Position numbers and translations under genes: made by a program. The notes below the pieces were generated by a model. It saw only the letters and a program-made list of their open reading frames with translations, was not told the DNA's origin and searched no databases. Below, one piece after another: positions 25,759 through 37,761 of a DNA stretch of 64,000 bases (position 1 is the stretch's first letter; every line of letters begins with the position of its first letter). This DNA comes from Basidiobolus meristosporus CBS 931.73 (lineage: Eukaryota; Fungi; Basidiobolomycota), in the NCBI GenBank assembly GCA_002104905.1, contig MCFE01000494.1, forward strand, positions 2,723 through 66,722, written 5' to 3'.

Positions 25759-26744
25759 TCTCGAATGGTAAAAACTGGTTTTCGACGGGGTAAATAACAC
25801 TTGCGCAAACTACAGGACATGCTTAGCAAAGGGAAAGGGTTACCGGGGTAATACGACTGCTAAAGGCCTCTTGCTGAAGAAAACGGAGCTAACCCTATGG
25901 GACATGTTTCCTTCTGGTCGATAAGTACATATGAAACCATTGGAATATTCCAAACGTAATCACTCATGTCAACTATTGCATAATGAACGATTACCTTGTT
26001 ATGGATAGCAATGACCCCTAGTCGGGGGAAATGATTAAACCCTGATCATCCATGATTTATCTATAGGGAGCCCGATAGTCCAAGTTATGCTTTGCGAGAG
26101 GGAATTAATCCATATCGAAGTATGCATTGTGAAGAGAATCTGATCCACATCGAAGTTATGCACCATGAGGGGAATTTGGTCAAATAACCCAGCAAGTTAC
26201 GCAACATTTAAACAGCCCTTATGGAAGCATGAACCGATGCCCCATATTAGAGGCGATTGAGTGGTGCTTGTACCTTGCAACTTTAGAAGAATCCTTGTCC
26301 CACGCGACACAAACTCAAAATTACCAAGATCCTTCCAAGTTTCTTTTGGAGGATTAATTGGGTGGCTACTTCTGTGGCTATTTCAGTGAATAGAACCGCA
26401 TCACCTACGTTCATGCCTAATGTAGCTTAAATTGACGCTCCAATTCAGCAATTTGGATTAGCAAATGATGGCCGAAATAGGCCGGGTGCCACTTTAATTG
26501 TGGTCAAGTGCGCCCGCAAATCAGCTATTTCTCTCTGACTGGTTCTGGACAGAAATCATTCACTTGGAAAAATTTCTTGGATCATCAAGGATGTGTGGAT
26601 CATACGAAGCCCGATCCAACCCCCCAGGCCCAATCAGCGTGCGTGGAGTCGCTCGAAAGCTGAATTGACCTTCTCTGCATACATAATAGCGTACTCTCGT
26701 TAAGCTTCTGGTTTCCAGTTATCTTTTTCTGACCACCTTCCCCG

Positions 26745-28839
26745 ATGGCTGACGTTTTTCCTACCAGTATTGTTGCAAACCCCTACCTCGAAGAGCTTAC
26801 TGCTAGTATCCGAGGAAAGGCCATCCCGTGGGAGGTAAGGCTTGACCGAGATGCCTCTCTGTTGTTCTTTCCCTGACGTAACCCCATTTCTTGCTTACCA
26901 GGGCTACCACAAGGCTTCCCTGATCACCGAGGACGAGTTGCGCATGCTCAAGCTCTACGAGAGCAGAACCCAGCAAGGCTCCTCACAATTCCTTGCCCAG
27001 GTGCGTATTCGGGAGGCCTTCTATCGGACAGCCACCCTGGTTGGAATCTCGACCACTTACTAACCTCCGGTTGAGCAGGATGGCAACCTTTTCGCCAAGC
27101 TTTTCATCACCCTGTTGGATAAACTGGTTCGCGTGGATACTCTTCAGTACCTCCTTGTTGTCGTTGACGACATACTCGAAGGTAAGAGACAACCTAGTTT
27201 CATGCGCGAGAACCTCTCGTAATAATCCTCCTAACTTTCCCGTTGTCAATTCTGCACAGAAAACAGAGAGCATGCTGCACTTTTCCATCAAACCAGCGCC
27301 GAGAACCCCAAGTTCCCATATGAGCCCTTCGTCAAGTAAGAGTTCAGTCCATCTGAGCCGTATCTTCGTGGCATGACTAATCGGGATGTATCAGGTGTTT
27401 GTCGAAAGACGACGAGTTCCTCTCCTTGAAGGCCAGCAAAATCCTTTCCTCTTTGATCTGGTAATTCGCCATTATTTGTAGTCATGTAAGATGGTATCCG
27501 GTATTAATGTCAAGGTCCACTGGCAGTACCGACAAGAGCCGTCATCAAGGAGTCGATCTCAGCCAATTCATCAACTGGATCGTCACTCAGCTCAGGAGCC
27601 AGAACTCCAGCGCTGTTGATATTGCGGTGCAGAACTTGGAGTCGTTGCTCACCGTCTCCGAATGCAGACAGGCTTTCTATCAGACCAACGGAGTCTCCAT
27701 GTATGTGTTTTCCTTCAGTGCATCGATAGTCTGTCGTGGCATCGCGCTAACATGTCGTCGGTAGCTTGATTTCTTTACTGAAGAACAGCAATGGTAATCC
27801 CCAGGCTCAGTACCAATTGATTTTCTGCTTCTGGCTGCTCTCTTTCGAGAAGAACATTGCAGCGGAGATCAACAGGTGAGTACGTTCACGCAAACAATGG
27901 CACTTAATCACCCAACTCAATGCTCGCTAGCAAATACGATATCATCCCCATCTTCATGGACGTCGCCAAAACTACAGTCAAGGAGAAGGTTATCCGGGCA
28001 GTCATCAGCACATTCAGGGTAATGCCAATCTCGTCCGATGCAGGCTCGTTCTGGCCATGGCCGATTAATCCATCCCAACTTGTAGAATCTCATCGAGAAA
28101 GCGCCCGAGCAAAATATGGCCGCCATGTTGGTTCACAAGCTGTTGAACTTCGTCGAGAATCTTGCCAGCCGTAAATGGTCCGATGCCGACGTCCCCGAGG
28201 ATCTCGAGTTCGTCAAGGTCCAATTGGAGGAGAACTTCCATAGCCTAACGTGAGTGAGAGCCTTTCATCCGTGCCGCATTCATTTGACTTACTTCGTTTC
28301 ATGGTAGCACCTTCGACGAATACGTCAGCGAGCTGGAATCCGGAAAGCTCTCCTGGACCCCGCCCCATCAATCTGAGCAATTCTGGCAGCAGAACTTCTC
28401 TCGCCTGAATGAGAACGATTATTCCCTGTTAAGGTAGTGACCATTTTTGGTTCATCTGAGTTTCGAGAGCGTGCTCCTAATATATCCCCAATCAGAATGT
28501 TGTCCAGATTGCTCAGCACTTCCTCGGATCCTCTTGTTCTTGCTGTCGGCACTCATGATATCGGGCAATATGTCAAGCACTACCCGAATGGCAAGAAGTA
28601 CGTAGAGTTCGGTGGACTTTTGTTACTACTTCTCTACTAACCCACCCCAAGGATTGTCCAAGAAATCGGTGTCAAGCAGCGTATCATGGAGCTCATGACC
28701 CATGAAAATCCCGATGTGAGATACCAGGCGTTGTTGGCGGTGCAGAAGTTGATGGTCAACGCATGGTAAGTCTATCCACTCACTAGCCACCACCCAGCCA
28801 GACTCACCTTACACACGCAATTTCACTAGGGATGCTTAA
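26745..28839 (+). CDS. VMA13: V-type ATPase subunit H, many introns
   Basis: [11 protein letters not shown]; [13 protein letters not shown]; VKEKVIR; [20 protein letters not shown]; [18 protein letters not shown]; [13 protein letters not shown]. Confidence 0.93.
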
Positions 28840-29109
28840 TTGATACCAGACATAGAGTTCAGCTCTTCCCAGCATTTTGATGTCATCCAGCACTCTTGAT
28901 CACAGGAATCTCTGATGGTCCTTTCTTTTATACATCGTATCTACATCCACATTCATACTCCCTTGCTCTCTAATCATATCTCAACCTATCTCGCCTGGGT
29001 GGTTGCTCATCGTCCGACCCGGTTTCCCCCCTCCCCTCCCCAACATCTAATAAACAACTTTCTTTGATCCATGGACATGAGGGAGATAAGGATATATGTG
29101 TATTTCAAG

Positions 29110-30662
29110 TCAGATGCCAAAATAATAACACAACATTGGGCTACCTAGCGTGGCCCACCAGCCTATCCCGGTGTACACCACCAGTTTCGTGAGGGTCTCC
29201 AGGTCGTAGCGAGGCAAGATGGAGTAGACTTCGTTCCGGAAGTCCACCAGCTCCCTTTCGAACTGGCAGACATGGTCCTCCCGAGTTCTGGGGGCCTGTT
29301 CCTGGTTCAGGCCAAGCGCGCCTCGTTTGACCTTGAGCTTGGGGTCGGTGCCAGTATCAAGGTTGATCACAGATGGGATCATCGAGATCGGGGTGTGATT
29401 CAATGTCTGGTACTTCTTGGATGGCTTGTGAAGCCTCTTCGCCGGTAAGCCGAGCAGCTTGTATACCCTGGGCAGCGTCAGGTGACACAGCCTTTTGGAC
29501 ATCAACCTCCAAACGATGATCATCACGAAGCTGACCAACACTCTCATCACGCTGCGAGTCAACCCCACCCGGGCAAAGCTATACTGGAGTGTTGCTTGGA
29601 TCGGCTCGGTCCAGAAACTGGATCCGTTGGTCCCTTGCCATGAGCCGAGATACGCGCCGATGATCGCACCCAGGGAGGCGACACTGTCCTCGAAGCACGG
29701 ACATGCGTTCAAGGGATCCGGCTGGACATGAATGATGAGGACCAAGGCAGAGATGAGCCCGATCAATGCGAACACGCTCGGGTACAGGATGGTCGCCTCC
29801 ACCACGGGCTGTCCGACATGGAAAATGGCCCAAAGAAGTATTCCGAAAAACGCGCCTCCGAGGACGTCGGTGATGCTGTGCATGCCGCAGTAGATCCTAC
29901 CGAACGAAACGGAGAACATGTAGAAAAACGATGCCAAGCCAAGGAATAGCTTTGTGTGGGTTCCAAGGGCTTCAGATTTGTAGATGTAGGACAGACAGCT
30001 AAGCCCAACCCCTACACAGCAACTGGTGTGTGTGGATGGAAATCCGTACTCGAGGTGGTGACTCTTGTTGATTGACAGGCGGTGTACGGGTGGAGAGGGT
30101 GGCCGTGGTAAACACAGATAGTCCTGCAACAGAAACTCGGTCAGTTATGGCGATACAAGAGCATGCCATACCGTAGACGGCCCTACCTTGGCAATACATG
30201 TTACCACGACTCCGTACAACAGCAGGTTGACCATTCTGTTCGGAAAAGGGTGGTTTAGTTTGGTAAGAAGCGGGAACTCTATTGGTCCAGAGACACACAT
30301 ACTCTCGAGCTAGAACAGGAATCCCGAACATGAAGAGGTGCGGTAGGATAAGGAGGAACGTCACATGATTGCCCAACACTGCAGAGGAAATAAAATACTG
30401 ATCAAGGAAGGGGTGCCTCAGGAAAGTCTGGTTGTATTCAACGCGAACGGGTTAGTCCTGTTTTGGCAATACGGCGGCAAGTTGGGTTTACCTGGATCCG
30501 GGCAAGGAGGAGGCTTTCCGAATGAACGAACTCCAGAAATCTCTTCCGCACCCTTGATCTTCTGGGAGACAGCAGGTTTTCGTAGAGATGCTCGGGGAAA
30601 ACGATCCTCGACACGTCAAAATCAGCCTCCCCTATATCAAATTTATCTTTCTTGGAAACCAT
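29110..30662 (-). CDS. LCB3: Sphingoid-base-1-phosphate phosphatase (PAP2 family, Lcb3/Ysr3-like)
   Basis: DYLCLPRPPSPP, EYGFPSTH and SFGRIYCGMH..DV motifs; PDPLNACPCFEDSV. Confidence 0.88.
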
Positions 30663-31080
30663 GGAGCAACTTGGAGAACAACGTCAACACGCTTGGAAAG
30701 GCTGGTGGTCAAGTCTAGCTCCGAGGTCTAGCTATCCAGCGTATTGGCAGTATAAATACCTGCTTTTGCCATATCTATACAAATCATGGATACGGCCTTG
30801 TTTATCGGTATTGATGGTCAATTCGTTGACCGCTTATCACCGATACTATCTGAGGCTAGCTTGTAAATAAACATCCCATTGGACCATTCTGAAATCTGGA
30901 CTTGGGCCGGTTACCATCAAATCCCCAGCTTGAAAAATCACATAGCCAGAACAACCGCAGAACAATCGCAGTGCAAACCTCGACTTGAAAAATTACAGAA
31001 CCAGAACGGGGTTTATTGATATTCATATACTCAAGAAATGATAAGTAGTTAAAAAAGCTGGCTTGATCTGCGGTCCGGGT

Positions 31081-32914
31081 TTATCGGGATCTTCCACGTT
31101 GTGACGTGTATCCTTCGTGGCCATCATCCTGAGCACGACGTTTGGTGCCCGCCGAGCCATTGGAGCTCTCGTCATTCATACCGCCACCGTACCCGCCTTG
31201 CTCGAAGAACGCAGGGTTGATGTGGGGCGCCGGGAATCCTAGAAATGGGAAAACATGGGCTTTAGCCTGGCTGTCCCGAAGCGTCAAGCTCTACGGTGCT
31301 ATCCTACCATAGCCTGCACCCCCCGACATACCATAGTTCTCGTCCATCATTGGATAACCTCCATGCATCGGTCCTCCACGACCGGCTCCCATAAAGCCGC
31401 CTCGCATCATGTTTCCGCGTCCGCGCATCATACCTCCCCTTTGAGACATCCCCCATGGGTCGAAGCCATCGCCATATCCGCCACCCATACCGTAGCCTCG
31501 ATTGCCGCCGGGAAAGCCGCCCATCTGAGCCATGGGGTTGGGGAAGAAGTCTCTGTTAGGTGGTGCAGAAGGTCTGAACCCTCCGGCACCGAAGTTTGCC
31601 CTGTTGGGTTGTCCTCGACCTGGACCATGCATAGCGTTCCCTCGAGTAGGGCCAGCACCGCGTCCAGCACGTGGCGGGGGCTCTGTTGCCGTGAGTTAGA
31701 GCGAGTTAGGAATGCTGGAGAAATCCGAGAAACTACGCACCTTTGGGAAGGATCTTGAAGGGGTTTCCGGTCCCGGGGTTCGCGAAATTCACAGTACATC
31801 TTTTCCCATCTATATCACTGAGAAGCAACACGAGTCGAGTTAGTTCGTGGCGCATCTAGGGAGAACAAAGGGGCGGGGAGTACGTTGTTTCAAAACACTC
31901 TTTCGCAGCCTTGGCGACGTCGACGTCCGAGAATTCCAAGTATATTACGCTGGTGGGAGTCCAGGTTAGGCCCGTGGTTGGAGGATACTCGTTCACTGCA
32001 GATGTCTTACCCCTTGGACTTTCCATTGACCTTGTGCTCTTGGAAGGTGATCTCCTTGAGTTGGGAATGCTCGATGGACTTGCCAAGGACACTTCTAATA
32101 TCTTCCTCGCCGACCCACTGCCGAAAGTTAGCTCAAGTGGTCACCCAAGACAAGCGCAGCGAACTTACCCAGTTTAGCTCACCAATGATCAAGGCACTGC
32201 TGGCATTGGACCTGGCGGAATGGAAGTTGTGGTGGTCCTCCTTGTTCCTTGGCATGCTGTGCCTGTCGGAGTGATCGTGTCCTAAATGTCAAGTCAGCAT
32301 CCACAGTGATCCAAGTGCAGAAAAGAAATATACCTGAGCGTTCATGGCTGTCATGCTCGTAATGGCTGTGTACTTCGTGATTGTCCCCTGATTGCTTATC
32401 CTGATATTCCACATGCCACCAAATATCAAGCGAATACGATGATTAGGGTCGATCTTTTTTATTTTCAAGCCCTGAAAAATAAGGTACAGTCGTCTGTCTC
32501 TTTAATTTCTTATGGTACAGTTGGGCACAGGCTTGAAGATTAAGACAACAATGATTCTATTGTACACAGGATGACACGCATGTTTCGTTGCTGATGTAAG
32601 AGTACCTTATTTTTCAAGGGATATCACGAAATAAACCACAAACCTTATCATGGGGGGTCGAGTCTTGTTCAGGCTCCTTTTTCACGTCGGGGTTGCTTGA
32701 CGTTGGCTCTTTCTTGGGCTTCATCGTATGACTGTCCTCGCCCAAGATCTCGCTGTATAGATCTTCGTGCTAGTGGGGAAGAGGGAAGCGGTCAGTCCTC
32801 TGGAAGGGTTTGTGAAGCTTTCAACCAAGGCCAAACTATACTTACGCCCGGATCGTCAAACTCGTTCTGGCCGAAATCATCGCCATAGATATCGAAGGTT
32901 TCTTCGTCGGCCAT
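31081..32914 (-). CDS. CPSF6: CPSF6/CFIm68-like RRM protein with Gly/Arg-rich C-terminus, multi-exon
   Basis: [13 protein letters not shown] start; LIIGELNWW; [15 protein letters not shown]; NPFKILPK; RGG-rich tail. Confidence 0.8.
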
Positions 32915-33618
32915 GTTTTATATGAATAGGAAGGGTGGTGGGAACTCTCGGGACTTGAAAGAATTCGGGTGGAGGGAGAACAGTCCTACACAATCAGGAG
33001 AAGGGGTTTAACGACGCTGTCAGGAAGGGAGAAAAGGCAGCCACTGGTGTAGCAAGGTTGATCCAACTGGTTCGGTTTATATCCACAACAATTCCCCTTG
33101 CTGCTAGATTTATTTCCAACTCGCTGTTCAGGCCCAACACTGATGTACAAAAAAGCGAAAGGGCTTGCTCCAAACAAACACCGTGTTGCAGCTCACTCTC
33201 AGATACAGGGTGCAAGAAAAGGAAAAATACCTAAGCGCTTCTGATGTGGTCACCTCAGACTCTGGAAGGGTGTGGGTTACAATTGAGTTAGACAAACAAC
33301 AAACTACAAAGTGCTTTTGGTGCTTGGAAGGGAGAATACAAGAATTCTTTGGAACTGGAGAAAGTAGAGAATAGATATGGCTCGTGGACCACACCAACAA
33401 CTTTATGGTCAGAATTTTCCACCAACTGTCAGTCACATGATCGGATCGAAATCATACTTGCCAAGTGATGTAGCATTGAATGTGATTCATCCATCCCGCT
33501 GATGGCTCATATCATCACGCAACTTTTGACTTCAGTCGGAAGGACCTCGCACACTTAACACGCACACTTAACACAAGTCTAGTCTCCAGTGAGTGGTTCA
33601 GTTTCGTTTGGTGAGAGA

Positions 33619-36600
33619 ATGAAATTAACAACCTATGTAGTGTGGAGACATGGGTTACCTCGAGTACAACGGCGGACCGCTAGTGTCATATTTCTAGCAG
33701 CACGTCATTTCCATGAGTCTCCTAGAGCCCAATTCTTATTTGGGGTCAAGAAGTTCTTCAATCGGTAGGTCCCTGTTCAGTCCTTCTCTTCTGCCCACTT
33801 GATGGCTCCGCGAACCCCCCTAAACCGGGCCTTCCTCGCATAGCAACTGTCAGATACCTACCACCAAAAAGGTCGAGAACACCGCGGTTTACTTTGGCAG
33901 GGTCCGGAAGGATGAATACAAATGGATGGAGGATGGAGAGATAACTGTAGATATTTCCGATTCTTATCTTTAATGGCGAGAGTCTGCGTATTAACTGCTT
34001 GTGTCGCTACTGCGCATAGAATATAATAGAGTATCTGAATGCCGAGCGTCAGTAAGTGGTCAACATCGCCTTTACTTCGGTCGGCAGGACGTTAAAGTGG
34101 TTGTTGATGTGTAGATATACGAACTGCTATATGAAGGACACTAAGGGCTTACAACGGTCACTTGTCAATGTGAGTATTCCCTCACTGGGTGCTCTTGGAG
34201 ATACCAGATTCTCAAACTTCAACCGATAGGAAATGCGCCGCAAGTGCGTGGTGAATCAAGTGCTGCCTTCGCTAACGACCCGAATCCAAGAATACGAATA
34301 TTACACCGAGGCCACAGCCAGCGGGCCGATGTATTATAGGAGGCAATTAGGACAGGTAGAGTTTACATGGCCAGGGTCATATCCGGTTTGACAGTGAGTA
34401 ATGGATCATTGTTGATGCCAGGGCAAAGCACAGCTTTTGCTGGATTCTGGTGAGCTTGCCAAAGATGGGATGTCGGTTAGGAAGGTGGGCCCGTCTCCAG
34501 AGCACAAACGGTTCGCGTATTTGGTGGAGCAGAATGGGATGGAGTATGGGACTCTATACATCAGCGACTTGGGACGTGACCCCTCACCCGCGGTAAGTTG
34601 ATTCTGACTCGTGTGGCATGAAACCGCGCCTAACGTTGGAATATTTCTAGGACGTCATCGAAAACGTGTTTAATTTTGCATGGTCTGGAGATGAGCGGAC
34701 CGTATACTACACCAAACCGGATGACCAGCTCCGCCCGTTCCAGGTAACAAGATTAGGCTCTTCGATGCAGCTGGTCACTGCTGACGCCCATTTTAGGTCT
34801 TTGCGCACCAAATAGGCAGAGCGCAGGAAGACGACCTTCTGGTCTACCAAGAGGACGACAGTAACTATTTCCTCGATGTGTCAGTGACCAAGGATCATGT
34901 AAGTGGTGGAGTGTGGCGGTGTTTGTTATTCTTTCTCACACCATTGTAGCAATATGTCACCATCAATGCAAACTCTTTAGGTGGAATATCCGAAGTAATG
35001 TTGGTAGACGCATTCCACGATTTCGAACGTTTCCCTAAGCCGAAGCTTCAGATCGTGGAGCCTCGTTCCACCGGAATCGAGTACTACGTAGATCACCATG
35101 AGGTGGGAGATGAGCAGCTCTAGGTGGATTGTCTGTGTTCACTGACGCCAATCTTTCTACAGAATCAATTCTTCATAGTAACCAACGCAGACGATGCCGT
35201 CAATTTCAAGGTGGTTCGAGCTCCGAATGATCGTCCGAACAAGAAATATTGGCGTGACCTGATCAGCATCCAGCCAGATGAGAAGATTGACGATGTGGAT
35301 ATCTTCAAGGTAGAGGCGATTGCCACATCCCGTATCATCCACACCCCGTATCACCCGCGATCTAACGTGACCTTAGAACTTCATCGTCATTTATGGAAAA
35401 CGCCAAGGGCTTTCATTCATCAAGTCTCATGATCTGAGCACCAACACCTTTCACGAAATACCGTTGCCTGAAGAAATATGTGTAGCTAGTCCAGGGTCCA
35501 ATGTGGTGAGTATTCAGAGCGCTTCGCTGCCAACTCGCTGCTCATCTGTTGCATCCAAAGGAATACGAAACGAACGTGGTTCAGGTTTACGTGCTACTCC
35601 CCATTTTCCCACGAAGCCACCTACGATTACGACATGAAGACGCACAAATTCACCTATAGTAGAATTGAAGACATATACAGTACGTGCACGTTGTTTTCTG
35701 TCGAGCCGATGCCAAGCCCTCTAACATGACTCTTTCTGAAGATTTCAACCGAAACCATTTTACATGCACTCGGACCCATGCCACCTCTGCTGATGGGAAA
35801 AAAATCCCCATCACTCTGATTTCCAAGAAGGGGCTCAAAAGGGATGGCAGGTAATGCTTCTTGGTACATGTGCCTCGAGCAAAGGCTTTCTTACAAAATG
35901 TTCTATGGTAGGAACCCGGTACAGTTACACGTTTATGGCGCTTATGGGGCCAATTTAGAGCCAGTGTTTAGGATCGAAACATTCCCATTGTTGGATCGCG
36001 GCTGGATCATTGGACTAGCCCACGTTCGGTGAGTTCAGTGTCTGTGGTTTGTGTTCAAGCAACTGGTGGTTGACCGGCATGTGTAAAAATAGCGGTGGAG
36101 GCGAGCTAGGACGCAACTGGTATGAAGATGGCAAGTTGATGCGAAAGCACAACTCCTTCAACGACTTCGTAGCTGCTACCGAACATCTGATCCATGAGGG
36201 CTACACGTCGCCAAAATTAATGACTGCAATTGCTGCCAGTGCCGGTGGCTTAGTATTAGGTTGGTGTTCCCAGACATCCCTTCACTGTATTCAACGTTAA
36301 CATTGCATACTGCGCTTGTGTAGGGACCGTACTAAATAGACGGCCAGGTAAGCGCGACCCATCCTTCAGATCCGAATTGCACTCCCACTTACTGAGCATC
36401 TTCCCTTTCAACAGATCTTTTCAGAGCCATGATTCTCCGCGTGCCCTTCGTAGACCCACTTTCTTGTATGCTGAACCCCAACCTCCCTCTTACCCAGGTT
36501 GAGTATACTGAGTGGGGAAATCCGCTAGAGACCGCGAGAGTGTATCAATACTTGTCCGATTATGCTCCCTACGATAACATCCCTGTAGAATCGCCACAGC

Positions 36601-36854
36601 TCTCCGACATGCCAGCCATCTTAGTTACTACTGGACTACGAGACCAAAGGGTGCCCCCATGGCAGCCTTTGAAGTGGACAGCACGGCTGAGATCCAGGAT
36701 ACCCAAGTTCTACGATAATCCAGAGGCTCGATCAAGCCTGTTATTAAAGGCTGAGGATGGCGGACACTTTGGTGCGTCAAATGATCAACAGAGTAGAATT
36801 GAAGAACTCGCATTTGAACTCGCCTTTTTGTTGAAGCATACAAAAAATAAATGA
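33619..36854 (+). CDS. S9A oligopeptidase B/prolyl-oligopeptidase-like serine peptidase, many introns, Arg-rich presequence-like N-terminus
   Basis: KDEYKWME; HVYGAYG; AHVRGGGELG..WY; KHNSFNDF; AASAGG nucleophile; RDQRV (Asp); GGHFG (His); start codon inferred by splicing. Confidence 0.85.
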
Positions 36855-36860
36855 GATATA

Positions 36861-36880
36861 CCCTAACCCTAACCCTAACC
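36861..36880. repeat. Interstitial telomeric repeat (CCCTAA)3CC abutting a TATA box
   Basis: CCCTAACCCTAACCCTAACC followed directly by TATATAAAA (36881), ~70 bp upstream of the PTS ATG. Confidence 0.9.
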
Positions 36881-36953
36881 TATATAAAATGAGCTAGAGT
36901 TGTGACTTTGATTTGAGCCAGAGACTGTATTCCCCCCCCCTTTAATACGAACA

Positions 36954-37621
36954 ATGGTTACAGCATACGTTTGCCGAACAGTATCCTTTTCTGCCGCCCA
37001 TAGGCTTCACTCTCGCCACTTTACCGCAGAAGAGAATCAGGTGATTTATGGGAAATGCAATAACCCCAACGGGCACGGCCACAATTATAAAGGTAACACG
37101 CCACCACCCATACGTACCTTCCAAAGCCTAGTTACTCACTCACCTTGCTGGAGTTGATAGTGAAGGTCACAGTCAAAGGCGAGGTAGGCTGTCTAGTCTC
37201 TCCCAACCGAAGCCACTTTTGCTCACTTACCCTTCCAGATAGACCCGACTACTGGCATGGTAATAAACCTCACGGACCTGAAAAAAGCCATGAACCTTGT
37301 CATAATAGACGCACTGGATCACCGAAATTTGGTAGGAGTGACCGGGTGCTCATATATCGCCACTGCTTCTGACGGGCAATTATCTCCTGCAGGATATGGA
37401 CGTGCACTACTTTAAGGACAAGCCAAGGTAAGTCGAAACAAGAGTTACGCTTGACAAACGCCACACTGACCATTGCCCCCCCCCCGATAAGCACCACGGA
37501 AAACCTGGCGGTTTTGATTTGGAAGAGTATGCAAGAGCAGCTCCAGAGCGGTCAGCTGTACGAGGTGCACATCCAAGAAACGGAAAATAACACCATCGTG
37601 TTTAGGGGGGAAGGCCTATAG
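36954..37621 (+). CDS. PTS: 6-pyruvoyl-tetrahydropterin synthase (BH4 biosynthesis), multi-exon
   Basis: FSAAHRLHS; [14 protein letters not shown]; [13 protein letters not shown]; LDHRNLD; STTENLA; ETENN. Confidence 0.93.
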
Positions 37622-37761
37622 ACTCGGATTATCTAGCCATTTCCTCGCCAACAGCTTGTTAGGAATAAGAATCGTATAAAAACCACCAAAGTAGTGTGTA
37701 ATTGGATTTTATTTGTATGGATTAACAATGAGATGATTGTATAATGTATATGTTAGATAAA

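Noticed and set aside
26081-26210. About 3.5 degenerate 35-41-bp repeats (AAGTTATGC...GGAAT) between Nudix and VMA13
   Set aside because: Too degenerate, no repeat-spacer structure and eukaryotic context; not CRISPR
32986-33436. Overlapping short ORFs in the CPSF6/peptidase divergent promoter
   Set aside because: Chance-length ORFs with no homology cues
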